A stretch of DNA of 64,000 nt from an uncultured Gemmatimonadales bacterium (GCA_963701965.1 OY969695.1:864001-928000); one strand, 5' to 3'. Numbered from the stretch's first letter, positions 19,225 through 29,175 are shown. Made by a program: numbers and translations. Notes: generated by a model not told the origin, from the letters alone.

Positions 19225-20141
19225 CGGCCGGCCCGACCGCCGGCGTCCGATCGGCGCGCGTGGCGGCGCAGGCCAAGGTCAACATCTTCCTCCACGTGCT
19301 GGCGCGCGAGTCGGGCGGATACCACCAGCTGGAGACGGCGTTCTGCCGGCTGGCGTTGGCCGACAATGTGGTGGTGCACACGGCGCGGGCCGGCATGGGC
19401 GGCATGCGGACGATCGATTGCCGTGGCGCCGACGCGGGGCCGGCCGCGCGCAATCTCGCGTTTCGCGCGGCGGTGGCGTACGCCGAGGCGCGCGGGTGGC
19501 CGGCGGGATTCAAGATCGAGATCGAGAAGCGGATCCCCGTGGGTGGAGGGTTGGGCGGCGGCAGCGCGGACGCGGGCGCGGTGTTGCGCGCGCTGGCCGC
19601 GCTCGATCCGACGCCGCCGCCGCGCGAGTTGCTCCTGTCGTTGGCGCTGGCGCTGGGCGCCGACGTGCCGTACCTGACGCTCCGGTCGCCGTTGGCGCTG
19701 GCCTGGGGCCGGGGCGAGCGCCTGTTGCCGCTGCCGGCGCTCGCCGAGCGGCCGGTCGTGCTGGCGGCGATGCCGTTTGGGGTCGGCACCGCCGACGCCT
19801 ACGCGTGGCTGGCGGCGACGCGCAAAGGTCGGGGTCCGCGGCCGCGCATCGTGCCGCTCCACGCTTTTCGCGACTGGAACACCATCGCCGCGCTCGCGGT
19901 GAACGATTTCGAGCCCGTGGTCACGGCGCGCCATCCCGAGATCGCGCGCACGTTGTCGCATCTCGCGGGAGCGCCGGGCGTCGAACTTGCCCGCATGAGC
20001 GGCTCGGGCGCGACGGTCTTCGCCGTGCTCGCCGCGGGCGCCCAAGCGGACGCGATCGCCGCCGGCCTCCCTGCCCCGGCCCGCGGGATCACGACCACGA
20101 CCGCGTCCCGCGTGGCGCCGGTGGACGTGCTCGACGCCTGA
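19221..20141 (+). CDS. ispE: 4-(CDP)-2-C-methyl-D-erythritol kinase
   Basis: AKVNIFL, GYHQLET, KRIPVGGGLGGGSADA, LGADVP, MSGSG. Confidence 0.95.
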   Translation: MTAGPTAGVRSARVAAQAKVNIFLHVLARESGGYHQLETAFCRLALADNVVVHTARAGMGGMRTIDCRGADAGPAARNLAFRAAVAYAEARGWPAGFKIEIEKRIPVGGGLGGGSADAGAVLRALAALDPTPPPRELLLSLALALGADVPYLTLRSPLALAWGRGERLLPLPALAERPVVLAAMPFGVGTADAYAWLAATRKGRGPRPRIVPLHAFRDWNTIAALAVNDFEPVVTARHPEIARTLSHLAGAPGVELARMSGSGATVFAVLAAGAQADAIAAGLPAPARGITTTTASRVAPVDVLDA

Positions 20142-20179
20142 GACGAGGCGGCTATACTTCGCAGGCGGTGCCGGTCGTC

Positions 20180-20250
20180 TGCCCCTTCGTCCAATGGCAG
20201 GACATCAGACTTTGGATCTGAGAATGGTGGTTCGAATCCACCAGGGGCAA
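20180..20250 (+). tRNA. tRNA-Gln (anticodon TTG), CCA not encoded
   Basis: Acceptor stem TGCCCCT/AGGGGCA; anticodon arm TCAGA-CTTTGGA-TCTGA; T arm GGTGG-TTCGAAT-CCACC; TATACT at 20153-20158. Confidence 0.96.
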
Positions 20251-20259
20251 TCTCCCCCG

Positions 20260-21381
20260 CTACTCTGATGCCGGGCGGCCGCGCCGTTTGAGCCAGGCGT
20301 GGACCGACGCGGGTAAGAACAGGTTGTCGGATATCGCCGCGACTTCTTCCGCCTCCCGCCACGCCAAGAGGAGTGCGGCGAGCTCGCCCTCCATGGCGCG
20401 TCGTTCGCTCTCTTCGTGGAGCGCCATCTCCAACGCCATCCGGTTCGTGGCCTCCAATCCCGCCAGGGTATCGGCGTTGATCACGTCCGGGGGGACCCCG
20501 GACCACGCCGCGGACATCGACATGCTCCACACTGAAGGCGCCTTGCCCCTCACCGTGCGGGGCCGGGCCAACCGCGCCGCCGCTTGAGCGAGATACTGTT
20601 CCGGTCCGCCGGCGTTGGACAGCATACGGGTGGCAGCGACCACGCGGTCGCGGGGCCCTCCCGCCCAGTTGAGTCGCGTCAATATCGCTCCCGCCGCACG
20701 ACGCGCCGGGTCGCCCTGCAGGCGGATCGCGCCGCCCGAATGATGGAGACGCAACACCCACCCGTCGGGCGTCTCCTCGTCATCGGATGTGGGAAGGCGG
20801 AACGTCGCGTGCGATAGGTCCTTCTGTCGCACGTCCACCGTGCGCATCCCTACGCGTACGCGGGTAACGACCCGTCGCTCCCACCACTGGCGGCCACTGA
20901 CACCGACGACCGTCACACCGCCGCCGACGAGCATCGCCGCATGGAGTCCGATATGATCAAGAAACCCGGCGCCGGCTCCATAGGTGATAAAGCGCCAACC
21001 CCATCGGGCCGCCCCGACGGGCCAGAGGATTTTCCGGGCGCGTCGGCGTCGACTGACGAACTGATCGCCGTACCGCCAGGCGGCGAACTCGGGGCGCAAC
21101 GGCTGACCCACCCGGATGAGCTCCAACCCCTCGGCGAGTCGCGCCAGCCCGATCTCGTCGGTCGACACGCGGAGTCGGGTCCCCCGATAGCGGCGCTCAC
21201 AGTCCTCGATGGCCTCTCAGCGCGCCTCCAGCGGCGTGAGATTCCAACGTTGGCAGCGCGTACAGACAACCCAGAGTCGACCCTTGTTCGCGTCAAACGC
21301 CAAGCGACGCCCGACGGGGAACTGCTCGATGATCTCATTCGCGCCGAGGGACGCATGGCAGTACAGGCAGGTCGAGTACAC
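20260..21381 (-). pseudogene. Hypothetical protein with two N-terminal CxxC pairs, interrupted by an in-frame TGA at 21217-21219
   Basis: GTG 21381 gives MYSTCLYCHASLG...VVCTRCQRWNLTPLEAR*EAIEDCERR, in frame with ORF 20260..21168. Confidence 0.65.
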
Positions 21382-21423
21382 GGGATCGAATATTCGTCTT
21401 CGTCGGAGCGCCCACCAGTTGGC

Positions 21424-21831
21424 CTACGGCGCGTCCACCCACTCCGACGTCTTGTGGCGCACGAGTCGACCCGCCGAATCGAACGCGAAATCAATGTCGA
21501 TCGCGCCGGTCATGAGACCAAACACCCAGACGGCGCGCTCGCGGACCTCGATCGCCTCGGGCGGACCGGGCACGACACGGTGTTCGATGTGACGATGGCG
21601 GAGGTAGCCGATGACGCTATCGGCCATCGTCCCCGGCGGGAGCGCCCGCGCGATCGTGCGATCAACCGTGCCGACCGTACGACCCAGGGGGGCGGGTCCC
21701 CACAGAAAGGCATACGACAGGACGAGCGTCAGGAGGAGGAGGATGCCGATCGCGGCAGCCACGACCTTGAGTGCCGTTACACAGCCTCGCGTGCTGCCGC
21801 CGTAGATGTTGTCGTCGGGCATTGGACGCAT
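21424..21831 (-). CDS. Small membrane-anchored hypothetical protein
   Basis: Single TM (VVAAAIGILLLLTLVLSYAFLW) plus short soluble domain; start 21831 or 21822. Confidence 0.6.
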   Translation of the reverse strand: MRPMPDDNIYGGSTRGCVTALKVVAAAIGILLLLTLVLSYAFLWGPAPLGRTVGTVDRTIARALPPGTMADSVIGYLRHRHIEHRVVPGPPEAIEVRERAVWVFGLMTGAIDIDFAFDSAGRLVRHKTSEWVDAP

Positions 21832-21851
21832 GGGTCGAAGCGTAGTCGAGG

Positions 21852-21887
21852 TTGACCGCCCGTGTGCCACGCAACATATTTGTTGCG
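21852..21887 (+). promoter_or_regulatory. Toxin-antitoxin promoter with overlapping palindromic operator
   Basis: TTGACC-17-CATATT; palindrome CGCAACA-tatt-TGTTGCG at 21870-21887. Confidence 0.6.
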
Positions 21888-21935
21888 AGGATCCGGGCAT
21901 CGCCCGGATCTTGGCGACTGGCCACGGGAGCAGAT

Positions 21936-22307
21936 ATGGCACGGACGGCAGCGGCACGGCGAACGACGCAGCGGACGACGGACGTCGTGCGCGTCCGGTA
22001 CGCGTCGGCGCGTCGGGCGTTCCGGTCCGACGCCGAGCTGGCGGAGTGGCTGGGCGTGCATCGGAGTCGGGTCACCCGTTGGATGAAAGGCGAGGTGCCC
22101 GATGCCGATACGACGACACTCCTGCTCGGCGTCGATGTCGTGGTGTCGCTGCTCACCGACTTTCTCGACGAGAGCGCCGTGCCCGACTGGCTGTTCGGCG
22201 TCAACGCGCACTTGGGCGACCGCCGGCCGATCAATGTGCTTCGCGGCGGCCGCCTCGCCGACGTCGTGGCCGCGGTCGAAGCGGAGCGGGTCGGCTCCTT
22301 CGCGTGA
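21936..22307 (+). CDS. Xre/MbcA/ParS-type antitoxin
   Basis: HTH (ELAEWLGVHRSRVTRW) plus WL..VN..LGDRRPINVL toxin-binding domain. Confidence 0.85.
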   Translation: MARTAAARRTTQRTTDVVRVRYASARRAFRSDAELAEWLGVHRSRVTRWMKGEVPDADTTTLLLGVDVVVSLLTDFLDESAVPDWLFGVNAHLGDRRPINVLRGGRLADVVAAVEAERVGSFA

Positions 22308-22876
22308 CACTCGCCGACGGAACGCTGTGGCGAGCGTTCCCCTGGCGTCCCGAAGCACAGACCGGCGAGCCGTTCTCCCCGGGCTACATCCCGCCCGGCC
22401 AACACTCCGGCCGGTTCGATCTCCACGACGAGCCGCCGGTCCTCTATCTCGCCGAGACGCCGGAGCACGCCGTCGCCGAGATCATCCAGGCATTTCGCGG
22501 GCGCCAGATCGACGATAAGCATCTCGAACGGCACGGCCAGCCGCTCGCCCTGGCGCAGGCGTCCCTGCGGCGCCCGATGCGCGAACGCGTCCTCGATCTC
22601 ACGGCGCCGCCCGTCCTGGGATCCCTCGGCCTGCGCCCCGACATGCTGGCCAGTCAGTCCCGCGATCAGACCCAGGCCATTGCCCGACTGATCCACGATC
22701 GCCCGGCCCCAGGGTTTCGTTGGTGGTCCGCGCTCACCGGCGATTGGCACACCGTCGTGCTCTTCGCCGACGCGATCGCCCCGGACGATATCGACTGGCG
22801 CCCACCAGAGCTTCTCTCGATCGCGTCACCCGTCGTGCGGGAAGCCGCGGCGCAGATCGGGGTCCGCCTGCGATAG
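22304..22876 (+). CDS. RES-domain toxin (NAD+ phosphorylase family)
   Basis: GRFD, LYLAETPEHAVAE, GFRWWSA; GTGA coupling to the antitoxin. Confidence 0.85.
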   Translation: MTLADGTLWRAFPWRPEAQTGEPFSPGYIPPGQHSGRFDLHDEPPVLYLAETPEHAVAEIIQAFRGRQIDDKHLERHGQPLALAQASLRRPMRERVLDLTAPPVLGSLGLRPDMLASQSRDQTQAIARLIHDRPAPGFRWWSALTGDWHTVVLFADAIAPDDIDWRPPELLSIASPVVREAAAQIGVRLR

Positions 22877-22884
22877 ATCGCCGT

Positions 22885-25512
22885 CTACTGGAGGACGCGC
22901 ACCGGATCCACCCGCGTCGCGCGCCGCGCCGGGACCAGCGTCGCCACGCCGGCGACGATGACCAGCACCAAGACCACAGCCACGCCGGTCAACGGGTCGA
23001 TCGCGCCCACGCCGTAGAGTGAGCCGCGCAAAAGCCGCGAGGCGCCGGCCGCGACGACGCTGCCGATGATCACGCCGGCGAGAATCGGCCGCGCGCTCTG
23101 CCGGGCAAACAACGTCAGGATCTCCCCCGCCGTCGCGCCCAGCGCCAGCCGGACGCCGATCTCGTGCGTCCTCGCGGTGACGAAAAACGCGACCACGCTG
23201 GCGATCCCGGCGGCCGCCAGCACGAGCCCGATCAGCGCCAGCACAGTCAAGAGCATCGTGTCGAACCAATGCTCGGCCGTCGTGGCGCGGATCGCCTGCG
23301 GCATGGTCGCGATATCGTAGAGCGGCACCGTCGGATCCACGGAGCGGACCGCGTGCCGGACCCCGGCCACCGCCGGCGAGCCGTCGGTGCGGGCCACCAC
23401 CGACATGGTCTGTTGGATCCAACCCCACGCCGCGTCCGGCGCCTGCGCCATGGGGATGTAAAACTCGGGATAGAGCTCCGTCTCCGGCCCCACCGAATGC
23501 ACGTCGCCAGCCACGCCGATGACGGTCTTCCACCGGGGATCCTGGAGATCGCCCTCACAGCAGGCGATGCGTTTCCCGATGGGGTCCTGCCCCGGCCAGG
23601 CCCGCGCTGCCAGCGTGCGGCTCACGATCATGACGCGCGGCGCGCCGGCGACATCGCGGTCGGTGAACGCCCGCCCCGAGAGCAGCGGGATGCGCATGAC
23701 CGCGAGGTAGTCCGGCGACACCATGCGCATCCAGGAGTCGATCGCGCTCTTGAGCTCGAGCGTCCGCCCTTCGGGCACGAGCCCGTTCGACATGCGGCCC
23801 GCGCCCATCGGTGCCTGCGAGACCACGGCGGCGCCGCGGACACCCGGCTCCGCGCCCACGGCCTTGGCGATCTGGTCGAACGTGCGCTCCGCCTGCGCCG
23901 GCGCGCCGTACGTGGTGGCCGGCAGCGTCAACCGCGCCGTGAGCACGCCCGCGGGATCGAAGCCCAGCGGCGTCCGGTCGAGTTGGATCGCGCTGCGCAC
24001 GAGGAGGCCCGCACCATTGAGCAGCACGAGCGCCAGCGCGATCTCGGCGACCACGAGCCCCGCCCGCAGCCGGTCGCGGACCGAGCCCCCGCCGCGGCCG
24101 TCGGCCCGCAACGTCGCTTGCACGTCCGTGCGGGCGGCGCGGAGCGCCGGCGCCAGACCAAACAACACGGCGCTCACGGTCGTGATGACCACGGCGAACG
24201 CCAGGACCGGGCCGTCAATGCGCGTCGCGTCGAGTCGCGGAAATACGCCCGCCGGCGCGCTGGCCACGAAGACCTTGATGCCGACCCACGCCAGCGCCAG
24301 CCCGACAATGGCCGCGCCGATCGCTAGCACGAGGCTCTCGGTCAGGAGTTGCCGCACGATGCGCTCGCGCCGGGCGCCCAGCGCGCCGCGGATCGCGATC
24401 TCCTTGGCGCGCGCCGCCCCGCGGGCCAGGAGCAAGTTGGCCACGTTGCCGCAGGCGATGAGCAGCACAAACGACACCGCGCCCAACACCGCGAGGAGCC
24501 GGGGCCGCTCATTACCGATGATGACGTCGGCGAGCGGCAGCACGTGCACGCCGCGGATGCCGTCTTCCTGCGGATACTGCTTGGCCAATCGCTGGCCAAT
24601 CGCGTCCATCTCGGCGCGCGCCTGCGCCAGGGTTGCCGTAGGCTTCAACAGCCCGGCGACGAAGTAGCTGTGCTCGTCGTGCATGAGCTTCTGGGCTGGC
24701 GTCAGCGCCAGTGGCGTCCACAAGGCTTCGCCCGATGCCGACGGATCGAACGACTGCGGCATCACGCCAACGACCGTGACCATCAGCCCGTTCATCCGGG
24801 TCGGATGGTCGAGGATGTGGGGATCGCGCCCGAACCGGCGCGTCCACAGACCTTCGCCCAGCACCGTGACGCCATCGTGGCCCGGCACATCCTCGTCGGG
24901 ACGGAACGTGCGGCCGATGAGGGGCGGCACGCCGAACACGGTAAAGAAATCGCTGGACACGCGGCCCGCCATCACGCGCTCGGGGCTCGTGCCGTCCGTC
25001 AGGTTGACGGGCGAGAATTGCTCGGCGGCCATCGCCGAGAACGTCGTCGATTGGTCGCGCCAGTCCGTGAAGTTGCCGGCCGACACACTGCCGGGCAGGT
25101 TGTTCCACCACTCGACGACAGACACCACCCGGTCGGGATGCGCCCACGCGAACGGCCGCAGCACGACGCTATCGACGGCGCCAAAGATCGCGGCGGTTGC
25201 GCCAATGCCGAGCGCCAGGATCAACACGGCCGCGGCGGTGAACACCGGCGCGCCCAGAAGCTGCCGGATGGAGTGCCGGACGTCCTGCACCAACTCCTCG
25301 ACGTATGCGGTCCGGCGCAGCGTGCGGTCCCGATGCTCGGCCGCGTCCCGACTGGCGACCCGCTCCACCGCTCCGAACCGCCGCGTCGCCTCGGCCCGCG
25401 CCGCATCGGGCGCCATACCGCCCCGCACCAGCTCCTCCACGAGCATGTCGACGTGGAACCCGATCTCGGCGGACACTTGCTGATCGACGGTATCGCGACG
25501 CCAAATGCGCAT
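22885..25512 (-). CDS. ADOP-family duplicated MacB-like ABC permease
   Basis: EIGFH..RRFG prefix, LALGIGATAAIF, LLIACGNVANLLLAR, RTHEIGVRLALGA, PARRATRVDP. Confidence 0.92.
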   Translation of the reverse strand: MRIWRRDTVDQQVSAEIGFHVDMLVEELVRGGMAPDAARAEATRRFGAVERVASRDAAEHRDRTLRRTAYVEELVQDVRHSIRQLLGAPVFTAAAVLILALGIGATAAIFGAVDSVVLRPFAWAHPDRVVSVVEWWNNLPGSVSAGNFTDWRDQSTTFSAMAAEQFSPVNLTDGTSPERVMAGRVSSDFFTVFGVPPLIGRTFRPDEDVPGHDGVTVLGEGLWTRRFGRDPHILDHPTRMNGLMVTVVGVMPQSFDPSASGEALWTPLALTPAQKLMHDEHSYFVAGLLKPTATLAQARAEMDAIGQRLAKQYPQEDGIRGVHVLPLADVIIGNERPRLLAVLGAVSFVLLIACGNVANLLLARGAARAKEIAIRGALGARRERIVRQLLTESLVLAIGAAIVGLALAWVGIKVFVASAPAGVFPRLDATRIDGPVLAFAVVITTVSAVLFGLAPALRAARTDVQATLRADGRGGGSVRDRLRAGLVVAEIALALVLLNGAGLLVRSAIQLDRTPLGFDPAGVLTARLTLPATTYGAPAQAERTFDQIAKAVGAEPGVRGAAVVSQAPMGAGRMSNGLVPEGRTLELKSAIDSWMRMVSPDYLAVMRIPLLSGRAFTDRDVAGAPRVMIVSRTLAARAWPGQDPIGKRIACCEGDLQDPRWKTVIGVAGDVHSVGPETELYPEFYIPMAQAPDAAWGWIQQTMSVVARTDGSPAVAGVRHAVRSVDPTVPLYDIATMPQAIRATTAEHWFDTMLLTVLALIGLVLAAAGIASVVAFFVTARTHEIGVRLALGATAGEILTLFARQSARPILAGVIIGSVVAAGASRLLRGSLYGVGAIDPLTGVAVVLVLVIVAGVATLVPARRATRVDPVRVLQ

Positions 25513-25519
25513 GCCCGCC

Positions 25520-25850
25520 TCAGGTCAGCAAGAATGGGCGACACGGCAGCCACGAACTCGCGAAATCGCGCGATCTCGGCCGCCAACTGCTGCCGCCCCC
25601 GCGCCGTGAGCCGGTAGAACCGCGCATTGCGCCCCTGGTCGCTCACACCCCACTCGGCCGTGATCCATCCCCGACGCTCCAGACGATACAGCGCCGGATA
25701 GAGCGACCCTTCTTCGACCTGGATCGCGTCGGTGCTCGACTCGCGGAGCCACCGGATGATGGCGTAGCCATGCCGCGGCCCCCACGTGAGCGTGCGCAGG
25801 ATCAGCGCGTCGAGCGTGCCGTGCAGTTTGTCCAATGGTCCAGCGGCCAC
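25520..25850 (-). CDS. PadR-family regulator; extra base near 25533 hides its stop
   Basis: GTLDALIL, HGYAI, EEGSLYPALYRLE; removing one base at GAATG 25532-25536 gives VSPILLT-TGA (25520) followed by an SD and the permease ATG. Confidence 0.88.
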
Positions 25851-25857
25851 GTCGTCC

Positions 25858-25911
25858 CCTAGGTGCCTGGGTATGGCCCTACAGTCGCGCAGGCATACCT
25901 AAATGTCAAGG
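25858..25911 (-). promoter_or_regulatory. Two CCTAG-N4-CTAGG-like operators and a TTGACA -35 upstream of padR
   Basis: cctaggtgcctggg 25858-25871 and cctaaatgtcaagg 25898-25911. Confidence 0.6.
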
Positions 25912-25928
25912 GGAGTGAGTGCCGCCGG

Positions 25929-26696
25929 CTACGCGACGCGCGGGGCGAACGCCGTGGGACGCGTCAGCTCGAAGACGTACGCATACGTCTCCCACTCCCC
26001 GTCCGGGGCCTGGAAGATCGTGATGAGGCCCGTGGCCGCCAGCGCCTGGTAGAACTCGATCTGCTCGACGACAAAAGACTTGGCCGGCAGCGCGGCGAAA
26101 TCGATCAGGCGGACCGCGAAGCGATCCAGCGCGGCGCGCAACGTGCCGTGATAGTCGGTGAGGGAGTGGACGCCGAGATAGAGGCGCGATGCCGCGTGCA
26201 TGTGGCGGTCGGCGACCGCCAGCAGGTCCAGCAGACGCGCGTTGCCGTGCTCCCCGCCGGCGAACGTCTGCGCGTCCTCGGGCGCCAGCCCCTCGAGCGC
26301 CGCCGGCGCCACGATCTCGTTCGGGAGGTTGGCCAGGATCACGTCGAACGGCCCGGGAAAGGGGCCGAAGAGCGAGCCGAGACGACAGTCGACAAACACG
26401 CCGTTGAGCTGTGCGTTGCGCTCCGTCGCCGCCACGGCCCGTGGATCAATGTCCGTCGCCGAGACAATGGCGCCGGCCTTCGCCGCCCCGACCGCCAACA
26501 CCCCGGAGCCCGTACCGATATCGATGATGCGTTCACCGCGGTTGATCGGGATCGACCGCGAGTAGAACATCCCGTGCGACGTCGGAGCGAAAACCCCTTC
26601 GGGTAACTCGACGCCAATCGACGCCCCGAAGACCGTAACGATCGACGCGGTCGGCATCCAACCTCCCGCATGACGGGTGAGGTCGATCGATGACAC
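25929..26696 (-). CDS. Class I SAM methyltransferase (HemK/PrmA-like)
   Basis: GVFAP, IDIGTGSG, TDID, DVILANLP; start uncertain (26696 or 26657). Confidence 0.8.
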   Translation of the reverse strand: MSSIDLTRHAGGWMPTASIVTVFGASIGVELPEGVFAPTSHGMFYSRSIPINRGERIIDIGTGSGVLAVGAAKAGAIVSATDIDPRAVAATERNAQLNGVFVDCRLGSLFGPFPGPFDVILANLPNEIVAPAALEGLAPEDAQTFAGGEHGNARLLDLLAVADRHMHAASRLYLGVHSLTDYHGTLRAALDRFAVRLIDFAALPAKSFVVEQIEFYQALAATGLITIFQAPDGEWETYAYVFELTRPTAFAPRVA

Positions 26697-26750
26697 GCCT
26701 GCGTTGACGATACATATACGGTATCGGAGCGTCGAGCGCTGGGCGAGCCC

Positions 26751-27119
26751 TCAGCGGTCGGACCACACGGCCAGCTCGTTCCCTCCCGGGTCCGTGAAAT
26801 GGAACCGGCGACCGCCCGGAAACGCGAACGTGGGTTTCACGATCGTGCCGCCGGCCTTTCGCACCCGGGCCTCGAGGGCCGCGAGATCGAGCCCGAAGAT
26901 CACGACGAGCGTAGTGCCCGGCACCACGCGGTCGACCTTCGTGAGCCCGCCGGCGATCCGGCCGTCGGCGAAGCTCGTGTAATCCGGCCCGTAGTCCGTG
27001 AACTGCCAGCCAAACACATCGGTGTAGAACCGTTTTGCCGCCGCCACATCGGTCTCGGAGATCTCAATGTAGTCGATGCGGCGGTCGTGCTCCGCGGAAT
27101 AAAGAGTCGGTGTCGTCAT
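26751..27119 (-). CDS. VOC/glyoxalase family protein
   Basis: IDYIE, FYTDVFGWQFTDYGPDY, FPGGRRFHFTDPGGNELAVWS. Confidence 0.9.
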   Translation of the reverse strand: MTTPTLYSAEHDRRIDYIEISETDVAAAKRFYTDVFGWQFTDYGPDYTSFADGRIAGGLTKVDRVVPGTTLVVIFGLDLAALEARVRKAGGTIVKPTFAFPGGRRFHFTDPGGNELAVWSDR

Positions 27120-27129
27120 GGCGGGCAAC

Positions 27130-27471
27130 CTAGCCGCCCGCGTCGTCCCCGGATTGAAGGAATCGGACACGCCCATACTCGGCCGCGTACTGCGCCGGCG
27201 TCACGCCGGAAAGCGCGCGGAACTCGCGAATCAGGTGGGGCTGATCGGCATAACCGGTCTCGAAGGCGAGCCCCGCCCACGACGGCGGCTCGCCGCGCTG
27301 AATCGCGCGGGCCACCTGCCGGAATCGCATCACCCGGGCGAAGGCCTTGGGCGAGAGCCCGACCCATCGGTCGAAGGCGCGCGACAAGCGACGCTCCCCG
27401 ACGCCGATCGCCGCGGCGACCGCGCTCACGGCGACGCCACCGCGGGCGCGGCGGAAATGCGAGGACCGCAC
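27130..27471 (-). pseudogene. AraC HTH-only fragment
   Basis: ERRLSRAF..WVGLSPK, GYADQPHLIREFR...G.TP; no room for an N-terminal sensor domain. Confidence 0.6.
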
Positions 27472-27472
27472 G

Positions 27473-28276
27473 TCAGCGCGCCCAGGCGGTCATGCCGCCA
27501 TCGCAGATCAACGCGCTCCCGGTCACGTACGACGAAGCGTCCGCGCACAGCCACGCCGCCGCCGCGGCCGCTTCCTCGGCCTCCCCAATGCGCGCCAGCG
27601 GCACCATCCGGACGTACGCGTTCTCAATGGCGTGCACCGCCTCGGCCTTCGCGGCCGCCGTGTCGCCCGTGGCCTGACTCTCGATCGTGCGCCGCAAGAG
27701 CGGCGTCTCGAACGCGCCGAGGACCAGGGCGTTCACTCGAATGCCATCGCGCGCGTACTCCAACGCCGCGGACTTGGCCAGCGCCACGATTCCCGCCTTG
27801 GCGGCCGCGTACGGCGCCGCGCCGGGCACGCCACCGAGCCCGTTCACCGAAGACACATTCACGATCGCGCCGCCCGTCCCCTGGACGACCATCTGCGCGA
27901 TCTCGTGCTTCATACAGAGCCAGATGCTCCGAAAATTGAGCGCCATGGCGCGATCCCACTCCTCCTCGGAGAGGTCGGCGGTGCGCTTCCGGAAGCCCGC
28001 CTCGTCCGACGCCGCGCTGTTGACCGCGCAATCCAACCGCCCAAACCGCTCGACCGTGGCCCGCACCAGCCGCTCGACGTGATCGCCCCGCGACACATCC
28101 GTCGGGATGAACTCGGCGGTGCCGCCCGCATCCTGGATCGTGCGCAACGCGTGAGCGCCGCGTTCGGCGTCCCGGCCGGCGACCACCACGGAGGCGCCAG
28201 ACCGGACCAGTGCCACCGCGGTCGCGAGGCCAACGCCGGACGTGCCTCCGGCGACCAGCGCGACGCGCCCGCTCAC
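27473..28276 (-). CDS. SDR oxidoreductase
   Basis: GGTSGVG, IVNVSS, YAAAK, GIRVNAL. Confidence 0.93.
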   Translation of the reverse strand: MSGRVALVAGGTSGVGLATAVALVRSGASVVVAGRDAERGAHALRTIQDAGGTAEFIPTDVSRGDHVERLVRATVERFGRLDCAVNSAASDEAGFRKRTADLSEEEWDRAMALNFRSIWLCMKHEIAQMVVQGTGGAIVNVSSVNGLGGVPGAAPYAAAKAGIVALAKSAALEYARDGIRVNALVLGAFETPLLRRTIESQATGDTAAAKAEAVHAIENAYVRMVPLARIGEAEEAAAAAAWLCADASSYVTGSALICDGGMTAWAR

Positions 28277-29175
28277 CGGCTCGCCTCGTACACCAACCGG
28301 GCGGCGGCCAGATCCTCGACAGCCAGCCCGAGCGACTTGAAGATGATGCGACCCGCCGTCGACACCGACCGCGTCCCCGCGACGACCTCGCCCAGCTCGG
28401 CGCCGATCGTGGCGCCGCTCAGCAGAATGTCACCGGCCTCCACCGCGGCCGCCGCGCGCGAGTCGACCACGACGGCGCCCACCATGGCATCGTCGTCGAG
28501 CTCCCGGGTCGTGGGCCCGACGGCGCCCACCGCGATGACCAGCCCGCGATCCGGCAGCCAGGCGCCCCGCAGCACCGGCGTTGGCGCGTGCGTCACCGTC
28601 ACCACGACATCCGCGTCCCCAACCGCCTTTTCGGCGGACATCGCCTCGGCGCCGATCTCATCCGCGCACCGGCGCGCATGGTCGGGGTTGCGACTCCAGA
28701 TCCGGATGCGATCGAACGGCCGGACGGTGCGCAAGGCTTCGGCGTGGGCCCGGGCCTGCACACCGCTGCCCAGAATCGCCAGCGTGCGCGCACCCGGCGG
28801 CGCCAGCTGTTGCACCGCCACCGCCGACACGGCGGCCGTCCGACGCTCGGTGATCAGCCGGCCATCCAACAGCGCGACCGGCTCACCGGTCGTGGCACTG
28901 AACAGCTGGATCACGCCCTGGTGCGTGGGCGCCCCGCGCGCGCCGTTGTCCGGGAACACCGTCACCAACTTCGCGCCCAGCACGTCGCCATAGACGCCTG
29001 GCATGATCCCAAAGAACGCGCGATGCTCCGGAATACCAACAATGCCGCGTACGGGCTGCGTCACCCGCCCTGCGGAGAAGTCCGCCAGCGCGCGCGCCAT
29101 CGCCGGAATGAGCGCGTCGTAACCGAGTCGTGGACGAAGCGCGGCTTCGTCGAGCAGGACGAGCATGTCGGACAA
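28273..29175 (-). CDS. Ornithine cyclodeaminase/mu-crystallin family
   Basis: KLVTVFPDN, ITERRTAAVS, GSGVQA, FKSLGLAVEDL. Confidence 0.92.
   Translation of the reverse strand: MSDMLVLLDEAALRPRLGYDALIPAMARALADFSAGRVTQPVRGIVGIPEHRAFFGIMPGVYGDVLGAKLVTVFPDNGARGAPTHQGVIQLFSATTGEPVALLDGRLITERRTAAVSAVAVQQLAPPGARTLAILGSGVQARAHAEALRTVRPFDRIRIWSRNPDHARRCADEIGAEAMSAEKAVGDADVVVTVTHAPTPVLRGAWLPDRGLVIAVGAVGPTTRELDDDAMVGAVVVDSRAAAAVEAGDILLSGATIGAELGEVVAGTRSVSTAGRIIFKSLGLAVEDLAAARLVYEASR

Noticed and set aside
25221..25519. C-terminal extension of PadR overlapping the permease
   Set aside because: Artefact of the extra base at 25533; correction restores a stop at 25520
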